Assembly: GCA_028534125.1 (NCBI GenBank)
Contig: CM052816.1
Span: 26,660,001-26,724,000, forward strand
Direction of reading: 5' to 3'
DNA: 64,000 nt
Source of the DNA: Lama glama
Taxonomy: Eukaryota
A program made the translations under genes and the position numbers. The number at the start of each line of letters is the position of its first letter. Position 1 is the stretch's first letter. This document shows, in pieces, positions 54,100 to 64,000 of this stretch. The notes below the pieces were generated by a model. It was given only the letters and a program-made list of their open reading frames with translations. It was not told the origin of the DNA and ran no database searches.

Positions 54100-54136
54100 C
54101 CTACCTACCTGCCTGCCTACTTACCTACCTACCTAT
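54034..54136. repeat. Compound (TATC)n-(TACC)n tetranucleotide microsatellite
   Basis: Direct read: about 16 TATC units grading into CTAC/CTGC units. Confidence 0.95.
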
Positions 54137-54374
54137 CTTGTGGGGAGGGTGGCAAGGGAGGGGACTGGAAATGCCCAGAGAGGAATGAAAATAAGATTGA
54201 GACTAGAATTCACACAGGAACAGATGAAACCAGGTGTGGAATGGAAACCATAAAGATGCCAAGTTTTCTCCAGAGCAGCCAAGAAAAGGGAGGAAGCAGG
54301 AAGGAGAGGCGACAACCACGGGAATAAAGGAGACAAAGGTGGAGCCTAGCATGTGGGACATTAGTTCAGGACAC

Positions 54375-54545
54375 AGTGTAGTTCCATCACCATGTGGGAC
54401 GTTTGTTCAGGACACAGATTCCTGAGTCCTGACGCAGGACCACTGAATCAGAAGCTTTTAGGGGTAGACTGAATTTTGCTGGACTCCCTGCACCTAGAGT
54501 TTCTCTTGTATGTCAGAATTAGAGTTTAAGAATCAGTGAGCTAGA
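54375..54545. mobile_element. MER5-like DNA transposon fragment
   Basis: acacagattcctgag...accactgaatcagaa...gagtttaagaatcagtgagctag. Confidence 0.5.
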
Positions 54546-54579
54546 AGAGAAAAAAAAATCACTGAAAATATAGTCATTA

Positions 54580-54733
54580 TTCTTTTTTTTACTGTAAAAT
54601 ACACATAACATAGAAAGTTACCATATTAATCATTTTAAGTGTACAGTTGAGTAGTGTTAAGAATATTCACAATGTTGTACAACCAATCTCCAGAACTTTT
54701 TCATCTTACAAAACTGAAACTTTATACTCATTG
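54580..54733 (-). mobile_element. L1MB-like 3' end
   Basis: aaaatacacataacatagaaagttaccatattaatcattttaagtgtacagt...ctccagaactttttcatctt. Confidence 0.8.
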
Positions 54734-57065
54734 GAGATTATCTGTTTAATGGCTTTGCTAAAGCTCTGTTAGCTGTCCTAATTTTGGAGCTGATATCCAG
54801 CCCATGGAGCACAGACACAACTGCAGGTATCCAGGCTTATGGGGCAGGTCTAAACTTGAGTGATTATCAAATATTTTGAATATCACCTCTGTTTAGATTA
54901 TAATCAGAGTAAAATCTCTAAATATCATAATAGAAATGATTTATATATTCAATAAATATATATTAGAAAAATACTAATTAGAGTTTACTTTTTGTCCTCT
55001 ATGACATGTTCTGGTGTTTATCTTTTCATGTAAAATTTTGCCACTTGGAATTCTTGCTTTACACACAGTCAACAGTGACTGATATTCAGAAGCTGTGTAT
55101 GTATTCATGTGTCAGCATTCACTGGTCGACACACAGCTGCACATGCATTTTTATGGACAGTGGGAAATGTGCCACTACATCGATTTGGTGTCATTTAATA
55201 TTTATTGACAAGCCACGATAAGCTGGGCATTGAGATATTTTTCTGTTCAGAATTCAATATCCAGTGTCAAATCTACCTAATGAACTGCTCCTGATTTGAG
55301 GTCCACGGTCAAAAGACCTTCAGCTTTAGGGCTGCTTTGTGATTTTACTAAGTCATTCCCCTTGCATTTTCATACTGCAAGTCAGTTCTCTGCTGTGAGA
55401 TTAGCAGTGATCATTGCACTTATGGAAATCACACACCTCCCGGAAATGTTCATTATGTGTCTAATACATGTTGTTAGCCTGCTGCTCTCCACTGGAAATG
55501 TTGTTTTTAAAATTAATGCCAGCCAATGATTTTTTTTTACATCCACGTTGTATGGTATCCCTTTAATACATAGCCCTTTCTTTCTTGTAACCAGTGTTAA
55601 ATAAATTTGCATTTAAATATTATTTAAGCCTGATTTTATAGTAAGTAACTTAATCCAAACTGTGTCATGATCTACCGTGTACAATCTTTTGTTTTAACAA
55701 ATAATGAGATTCTTTATAACTATGTTCAGAGCCACTACAGACTTAAAAATTACTATAAAAATACCAATTGAAGAAGAGAAAAATCTCTTTTTGTATGAAA
55801 ATATCATAAATACTTTCACTCTAACTTGCATCATAGTTCAGTATGGCTCTCTTTTACACATGGAGAAATAAGAAGTACAGAGAAATTCAGTACTTTCCCT
55901 AAAGTCTCACATGTAGCTACATAAATCAATGAGTCTTCTTACTTAGAAAAGCATTTCAAAGATTGATCCTTTTTTGTTAACACCTCGATGTATTAAAAGA
56001 AACACAAAAATTTTTTCCTTTCTCCCTGATGACCATTAAAATCTCCCACAAAGACTCAGTCTTATTTAAAATGTACTATAAAACATACAGAAATACCAGT
56101 AGAAGTGTTTCTATAATATCAGTAGGGTCTGCAAACTGGTAATGAAATTTCCCACAAGGAAAGATACAGAGAGAAAAGGATGGGACTAGACATAAAACCA
56201 AAATCTATTCATGGGTGAGCCAAATTTAAACATTTGCAGGAGAGCCTATGAAAACAGTGCCATTGGTTGCTGCTTTAAAATGTATTTTAGGGGAGAAGGG
56301 TACACAACAATAATCATGTAAAAACCTGCTTAAAAAATAAGAATAAAATGTATTTTACAGTATCAAGGAGACTGTGCAAAAAACTTTTACCAAAACAGTG
56401 TTCCAATGAAACAGATGTATATTACACTAAATAGCCATCTCTCAAAAGGCCACTATAAAAATCATCAAGAATGGTTACCACTGGATTATACTTTTATATA
56501 GCTTGAATTCCTTATGATAAGAATTATGTTTAATAGAAAAGTTCATTTCTACCATTTCAAATGTGAATAGACTTCCCACTTTGTAGATTATCCAGGACAA
56601 ATTTTAAATGGCAATTAATTGCAATACTGAAATTAGGTCCTTTCCTTAGTAACACAATATTTTTCAAGACTCTCTCCCACAGGAAATATTTGGGCATTCT
56701 TCATAGCAAAAATAAATTTTAATATTAATTTGGGGTAAACATAACAGGTTCTAAAGGCATCATACTCTAATCTAGAGTTTATTTGTGGGTTATCTACCAT
56801 TTCGGAGTTTGCATGGAGATCTGAGAATTCAGTACTGTTGCTTTTGCAATAAACATTAACATTCCCAAGTGCGCTAACAACACTTAAGGTCTTGGTGCTT
56901 TACAAGATACTGAAAACATGACTTGATTACATTTAATTTGATTCCAATTAAAAAGCACTTAAGAACTTTCTAGTGAATTAGATTACATTGAATGTTTCTA
57001 TAGACGACACTTCATTATCTGAGGCAGCTTTACTTTAAAATGATCAGAGAGAGTGAAAAACACTG

Positions 57066-57136
57066 TTTATTTTAATAAAATGGGCTTAATCCCATATTAT
57101 TATTTCACAATTACATGCTGTAAGTTTTGGTTTATT
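57066..57136 (-). terminator. Tandem polyadenylation signals (AATAAA x2)
   Basis: Plus-strand tttatt at 57066 and 57131. The minus strand reads ...ccccttgtacatttacttAATAAAccaaaac...attaaAATAAAcagtg, with an upstream UGUA element. Confidence 0.45.
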
Positions 57137-58329
57137 AAGTAAATGTACAAGGGGACTGGCAAAAACATCTATAAAACTGAGTGCGTCATTCAAGGTTCCC
57201 CAAGACAGATCTAGTCACATGGCTTTTAAGTCTTAACAGAAACCAGAATACTGTGGAAAAAAATATTTAAATTAAAGTGAAGAGATGGTGTCAAGACACT
57301 GAACTGAAACTACTGCCTTTTTCACTGCATTTTTAAGTGGTGAATTTTACAACTAATTAAAAAGGAAAATGAACTTCTAATTTATTCAGCACAATAGTCA
57401 AATAAATGCAAAGTGCCCTGAAGCCACAAGACTTCCCCAAACATAACATCTCCCCATTTAAAAAATAAAAATAAAAATAAAAAAAAGAACCACCTTGAAA
57501 TCAAATTCTTCTACCTTCAAATCAGGCAAAAATTTTTTGCCTTCCCAACAGTGTTAAATAATTTTCTAAAGTGTTATTATTTTACACGCCCCAGTTTGTC
57601 AGAGCTCCAAAGAGGGGAAATTATGATTAAAAGCAAAATGATGATTAAAAACAAATGTCTAAAGTTAGTTACTTTGTACTAAGCATAAACCACATGGCTA
57701 GCTTTCATTGGACAGAGCTTTGCAGACACAGTTGGCATGCCCATCTCTGATATTTCAGGAATAAAGGCAACTTTGTGGTTTGTGGTTAGTGATTAAGAAC
57801 CAAGTGAACTTGTGTGTGTTACTATATAGGAAAATCTGCAGCATTTTGAGCGTTTCACACTTGTGACAATGTCTTTATTATGCCTTCCAGAATTAACTGA
57901 CCTAAAATCCAGTGACTCTACGATATATCTATTGGATAATTAGAACTCTGAGGACCAACAAATAAAACACATTATTGACTTTTAGATCTTCAATCAAAGA
58001 AATATTTACAGCTGTAATCTGCAAAAACTATTTCCTTTTGAGTTGGCAACATCTCAAAATCTGTGCTACTGATCTGAAGCATATCAGAATCATCCAGACC
58101 CCCCGTTGGGATGAAAATATAAAAACGCTACAATCTTTAGAACAACCCGCATCTACCCTTCCCATCCTGGAAGGGTAGAACCTTCTCTGAAGACAAATGA
58201 AACTTCATAATCATAAGCTTCTGTAAAATCAGTCTGCCTGACCTTGAGACCAAGAACAGCAGGGGGGTGAGGACAGGCGACCTAGTTTAGTGACCAGTAG
58301 CTATAGATACCGGAGAATGTGCTTGTTGT

Positions 58330-59411
58330 NNNNNNNNNNNNNNNNNNNNNNNNNNNNNNNNNNNNNNNNNNNNNNNNNNNNNNNNNNNNNNNNNNNNNNN
58401 NNNNNNNNNNNNNNNNNNNNNNNNNNNNNNNNNNNNNNNNNNNNNNNNNNNNNNNNNNNNNGCTGNNNNNNNNNNNNNNNNNNNNNNNNNNNNNNNNNNN
58501 NNNNNNNNNNNNNNNNNNNNNNNNNNNNNNNNNNNNNNNNNNNNNNNNNNNNNNNNNNNNNNNNNNNNNNNNNNNNNNNNNNNNNNNNNNNNNNNNNCAT
58601 GAAAGTTTCGCCCTGCTGAGCCCCAGGAACAGCGAAAGAGCAGGCATGTTTGTGCCTGAGCCTGTCTGGAAATCTCTGTTACAGTTTTGGAATTTGAACT
58701 GATTACCTTTCACTGCACGGTAACGCACTGGATGCATCCCCCAGTTCTGACAGCCCCATATTTTAATAGTTTTTCTATCTCTTCTTTCTAATGCTGGTGC
58801 CATTTTTTACTACCCAACCAGTGTCAGCAGGCTCTGCCACTCTGAACTCCCAGATCAGGAGGTGTAACAACACAGTGATGCTGGAGGCACTGAAGCAAAT
58901 GGGTAACATCCCAACCCTTATGCTCCCATTAGCAGGTAAGTCCACGGACTCCACCTGGAAACCCTGGCTGCACACTTAGCTCTTTCCCCAAGCCCACCAC
59001 ACGTAGANNNNNNNNNNNNNNNNNNNNNNNNNNNNNNNNNNNNNNNNNNNNNNNNNNNNNNNNNNNNNNNNNNNNNNNNNNNNNNNNNNNNNNNNNNNNN
59101 NNNNNNNNNNNNNNNNNNNNNNNNNNNNNNNNNNNNNNNNNNNNNNNNNNNNNNNNNNNNNNNNNNNNNNNNNNNNNNNNNNNNNNNNNNNNNNNNNNNN
59201 NNNNNNNNNNNNNNNNNNNNNNNNNNNNNNNNNNNNNNNNNNNNNNNNNNNNNNNNNNNNNNNNNNNNNNNNNNNNNNNNNNNNNNNNNNNNNNNNNNNN
59301 NNNNNNNNNNNNNNNNNNNNNNNNNNNNNNNNNNNNNNNNNNNNNNNNNNNNNNNNNNNNNNNNNNNNNNNNNNNNNNNNNNNNNNNNNNNNNNNNNNNN
59401 NNNNNNNNNNN
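58330..59411. other. N gaps (58330-58461, 58466-58597, 59008-59411)
   Basis: Runs of N. Confidence 0.95.
58822..58935 (+). other. Candidate 114-nt internal exon on the plus strand
   Basis: Branch-like ttctaat at about 58786-58792, about 50 nt AG-free pyrimidine-rich zone, CAG acceptor, and perfect CAG|GTAAGT donor. One frame is open (SAGSATLNSQIRRCNNTVMLEALKQMGNIPTLMLPLA), but the protein is not recognised. Confidence 0.35.
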
Positions 59412-62039
59412 TCTGACTGCTCTGGCTTTTATGCTAAGTAGTTATCCCGGAGTCTGTATTTCTTGTGTAAATACACAAGGAATGTCTGAACTCATGAAAT
59501 CTTGGAGTATATACGATGCTAAAAAGAAAGAAAGAAAAAGAGTGAAGCAGTCTCATAGTGGTTCCGTGCACCGCATTCTTTAAAAAGGCAAAACCCTGTT
59601 TCTCACACCACCAAAGTATCACATCCACCCTCTGAGAAGAGAGAATTGCAAAACTGTGGACATGATTCCCCAGCTTAGTAATAAACAGTTTTTCATATTC
59701 AACCAAATATTTTTAAAACTCATATTATACCACAACTCTAAGTGGTTTCCGGGTCACACAATAGATTTACTCGAATAATTAAAACTGCCTTAATTGACAC
59801 AGTGAAATAAAAAGTTTCCCCTGCAGGTTTCTCCAACCCAGTGGTACTATAATTACATTTTCATCAGATTGCTTGCTGCCAGGCAGTGATGGGGAGGGCA
59901 GATTTCATCTGTCCAGTAACCTCTGAGATTCTGATTTCAATTTTCGTACCTTAGTTTTAAGGCAGTGTGGAAAGAGGGGGAAAAATTATACAATGTAAGA
60001 AAATATGCAGTTATGGACCAAGAAATACTTGCGAATTGTTTTCTTCACGTGGACAAAATGCTATAAAAAGAAGCAATCTGTAAACAGTAGATAAACTGAA
60101 CTGACTAATGAGAAAAATAGTCCTGCAGATACAGAACACATCACTCTTCATAAAGTATTTGCAACGAAAACACTGTAGTGTCACATGCACATTGGGATTA
60201 AACCTCACTAACGTGAGAATTTCCAAATGGCTGTTATAATTTTGTTAAAAAGCAGAGTCATTTTTGGACTTAGAAAACCAAGAGTGGCACTGAGCAGGGT
60301 CATACATAAACCAAAAGGACCGGGACTTTATACAGACCTTTTCAAAGTCAACTTTAAGTACTAAGTTTTGATTTTTAACACAATGTTGGAAACCAGTCCA
60401 AGAAGTGGCAGATGGTTTTACAGTTTATGTAAAACTACAAAATGTTCACACTCGATCAAATGGGCACCACTATAAAAGACATCTTCAAATCAAATGAGGC
60501 AAAGCCAAAAAGATACACCAGCTGTTACTCTGCATAATTAAAAACACAAAAAGTAACATTACTATGGTTTAGTTCTAAGGAGAAATTATTTGGATTTCAT
60601 GAAGTTGACACATTCAAAACCAAATGGACAAGCAGTATGGAATATTAAATGATAAATTCCTAAAAAATGTAATTTTTATTTCAATATAGCTACATAATTC
60701 TGTCTCCTGGTGTCTTGGTGAATCAAACCAAAACGAGCACAAACATTTTTCTCCATAAAACAAAATATAGAGTATACAGTTACAGTAATATCATTGGAAC
60801 AATTTTTAAGTGATTTTAATTTAATTTAAAAGTGATTTTCACTGAATTTCAAATGATTATTTTAAATGATTTTTTCAACATCTAAATATATACAAATGGG
60901 TATGGTACTACATATGGAATTGGATCACTTATGGAAATATACATATTTAAAATACAAAATCAATTCATTTCCTCCTAGTACCAATTACCTGTAATGGTTT
61001 TGAAATATAAACATTTAGCAATGTGTAATATATTTTTAATATTGGTTTTCATTAATGTCTTTTGACCTAAGCTAAACAGTAATGATGAAAAATAGACCAT
61101 TTGCTTCAAAGCAAATCTCTTATTAAATCTAAAATATTATGGCACAAAATCAAACCACAAAAAGAACCACATTATGTTATCCCCCTTGATTTTCTGAAGA
61201 AAAATAATGAAGTTTTCCACTTAGCATAAATGAAAATGAGATACTCAAATTTACTCAGGCAAAGAGAAGACAGATTCTGTAAAATTAACTCTTAGCTACT
61301 AGAAAGTACTTGGAGAATTTTCTAGTAACTTGACTGTAACCCTAACAAGTTACTCTATTATTTCAATTAACAGAATAACCTACCTACAGTGAAAATAAAT
61401 GCAATTCATTTCATCACTGTTGCTAAAATTTCTTGTCAAATCAGACTTTGAGTTGAAAGGCCTATTTCTAGCCTACTTTAAATTGTAACTTTATTTTAAA
61501 CTTCTGTATTTTCTTCCAGTACAATTTTAAGTATACACTGTGTACATTCCTCAGGTCCGGTCATATTAAATTCTGATGTTAAGCAGAAAGGGGAAACCAT
61601 GCACAACCAGATTAATTTATCTCAAGGGAAAAGGGGCACATTAATAATTGAGATAGTGTTTTCATAAATGTTGGAATCAAATATGCCTTTTCACTTCTTT
61701 ATTAGAAAACACATTAGAACAAAATTATCTCACTCTCATCAATAAGACCTAATTGCTGAGAAAGGCTATGTTTTCTTTGCAAAACATTCAGATTTTTCCC
61801 TTTATGTCCAAATACCTAGAAATATTTCATTCATCCAAGTCTTGTTTGAATAAATGTATATAAACAAGATGAGGGATTGTTTAATCCATCCTGTAATGTG
61901 TTTGTTTTAAACTATCTGAATCTATTATTTTTTGTAAAACACATTAAAATTTTGATTCTAAAAGAAATTGGCCCCAAAAATGACTGATATTTTGGCTTTT
62001 AGCTTCTTAATCTTCTTAAACGACAAAAGAAATTTTTAC

Positions 62040-62051
62040 CTTGGCTTATTG
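62040..62051 (-). other. Candidate 12-nt microexon (CAATAAGCCAAG) of an unidentified minus-strand gene
   Basis: Minus strand reads ttctaa (branch-like), gagtttttcttttcttttctttttttt AG | CAATAAGCCAAG | GTAAAA. A long pure pyrimidine tract and canonical AG/GT sites lie in a repeat-free region. Confidence 0.65.
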
Positions 62052-63338
62052 CTAAAAAAAAGAAAAGAAAAGAAAAACTCTTAGAATTTCCCATGATGCC
62101 AAAAAGAGTCAAAACATATTGAAGGTAATGGAATGATATTCAACTTTCTTTAAATTGTTGTAATTTTACGAACCAGGATTATACACAAAGAAAATATTAA
62201 CTAAAAGAGGATAGCACACTTACAACCAAACAAACAAGCTCTCTGTGGCTGATGTATGTTAAATATTAAAAAGTCATTTTTCCCCGCAAAAAAAAAGAGC
62301 TTTTAATGATTAAACGAGAGGAGTAACTAAGGTGAATCTGATTGTTTCTGTAATAAGCCTTCATGTGTATAATAAAGCACAACCATACTAAAAACAATGA
62401 ACTGTAAACTGAAACAAAAATCCATCATCTACTTCGAAACAGTGACGGGAAAAGATTAGCAATCCATTTATTGTACTGAAATAAAGATAAGTAACCCTAG
62501 TAAGATCCAACAGGACCTAAGTATTGAACTCTAAATATAAAGACATTTCTTCATCAGCAAGTGACTTGAAAAAACGTGAGGAAGAGAAACGATTCCAGCT
62601 GACTTTTAAAATGAAATACTCATGATTCAATTACTTTTAATTTTTTAAAGATCTGCTTTATGTCGATCTGATATTCTGGAAGATATCTTAAAAAGTATGT
62701 TCTCAAAATGCATAATTACTACATGAGTCATTAAACAATTATTGCCAAAAGTTTCCTATAGTCTTATAATGTATTCCAATTACTGAATCTTTCTAATATA
62801 AATAATATAATGATTAAAATTTTTTCATAATAGAATTTAGATTTGAAAGAAAAGACTAAAATCTAAGAAACAATACAACGTTTAGAATTTTCTATTATAT
62901 AGGGAACTTAATTCAAATAGTCACATTTCATTAAAAAGTAAATCATAATGCTTAAAAATTAAAAATAAACTTACACTTCATCTTTTTAAAATAATTAAAC
63001 TAGTAAAAATCTGAAACCTATTAAAGTAAGTATTTTATCTTACAAATGGATGTGGGCACTAAGTTACCCGACCCCAGTCAGTCACATTTTATATGATCTC
63101 CCAAGAGTCTGATACATTTTGCATGGCTGCAGTTTTAATATCCTTTCAATCCCCTAAATGCATGTTATTCTAACTGTTCTTACAGATGATAAAAATAAAT
63201 AGATTATGTCCCAAATTTAGAAGTAGATCGTTCAAACATAAACCTAGCAAGTCTTTTTTTTTATAACACAGAACCAAGCCTATGCACCAACCCCCAACAC
63301 ACCCAAGGCACATACCACAAACAAAAGGTAAAACTCAC

Positions 63339-63348
63339 TTTGTATCCA
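63339..63348 (-). other. Candidate 10-nt microexon (TGGATACAAA) of the same minus-strand gene
   Basis: Minus strand reads ttaattag(ttg)n atatttCAG | TGGATACAAA | GTGAGT, with a consensus donor followed by a UG/UGG-rich intron segment. Confidence 0.55.
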
Positions 63349-64000
63349 CTGAAATATCAACAACAACAACAACTAATTAAATTCCCCAGTCTCTTTACTA
63401 AAACAGAATTTTAACTTCATCACATACAAATAAAGGTAAAGAAGAAAGGCAAGAGTTTTCAGTATTGATACATATCATGATATTCTATCTGTACGGTGGT
63501 CTCCTGCCAACATCCCAATCATCCAAAACCTTTTGGCGGGGGGAGAGGGGGATCAACCAACAACAACAATAAACTATGGAATTTTTCTCATGTTTATGGC
63601 TTTGTCTCCTGGCATTCTAAAAACAGGTAAGCACTAAACTCAAGGCATCAGAGGGCAATATAATAATGCTCAGTTTTAACGTTTTCAGATAGAACAAATC
63701 TGTACCACTGAACAACTGCTGTATGACTTCCTCAGAAAAGTACTGGCAGACCTTTAACTGTATGGTATACAGTTCCTAATAATACCATTGGAACATAAAA
63801 TGTGTCTGGAATTGTTTAATAAACTCTAAACCATATTGGAGGTTACAACTAATTAGTCAGAAACAAAAACCAACTACAAAATATTTCAAAACCAGACACT
63901 TTATTTCCCACTTGTCAGTTTTTCCTATCCAAAAGCTCTAAAGTCTAAACTGCCTGTATGTATTCTCTTGCCCCATTTTCCTATAAATAATTCTGTTTTT

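Larger units (their letters stand above)
57040..59949 (-). other. Putative terminal exon / 3' UTR of a minus-strand gene (partly in N gaps)
   Basis: Repeat-free stretch. Minus-strand AATAAA at 57066-57071, 57131-57136 and 57381-57386. Candidate acceptor (ttttccccctctttccacactgccttaaaactaAG) at 59950-59951. Confidence 0.4.

Noticed and set aside
245-60226. The many 60-170 aa ORFs in the six-frame track as genes
   Set aside because: Lengths are at chance level, many lie in repeats or microsatellites or span N runs, and none shows a recognisable protein family except the decayed CR1 RT motif.
61254-62975. Additional minus-strand donor-like hexamers (about 61250, 62218, 62969)
   Set aside because: No convincing nearby acceptor with a pyrimidine tract, so they were not called as exons.
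62040-63348. Assigning a gene symbol to the microexon-containing gene
   Set aside because: The available peptides (DTNNKP / WIQTISQ / GYKQ) did not match any protein I can recall with confidence.
1-64000. CRISPR array, operon or prokaryotic defence system
   Set aside because: The sequence is mammalian; there are no repeat-spacer arrays or dense ORFs.

Overview
Eukaryotic (mammalian) genomic DNA, AT-rich and mostly non-coding. It is probably camelid, judging by two Vic-1-like tRNA-derived SINEs and cetartiodactyl-type L1 3' ends. No prokaryotic-style genes, rRNA, true tRNA or CRISPR were seen, and I recognise none of the six-frame ORFs as a real protein; one ORF (599..838) is a decayed CR1/L3 reverse transcriptase. 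About 1-55 kb is a mosaic of old repeats (CR1/L3, L2, MIR, L1M, LTR33, MER2/MER5/MER53) and younger L1/SINE insertions, with repeat-poor blocks carrying transcription-factor motifs (about 9-13 kb around four N gaps, 37 kb, 41.6-41.9 kb, 50-51 kb) and two CTCF-like sites. The most informative part is about 56-64 kb, which is nearly repeat-free. It looks like the 3' end of an unidentified minus-strand gene, with two candidate microexons (10 nt and 12 nt), several AG|GT acceptor/donor junctions and clustered poly(A) signals near 57.1-57.4 kb. A well-formed 114-nt plus-strand exon candidate overlaps that region in antisense. I could not name the gene and I see no evidence of a wholly new biological system. 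Repeat family names come from recalled consensus sequences, repeat boundaries are approximate, and all need RepeatMasker/Dfam confirmation.
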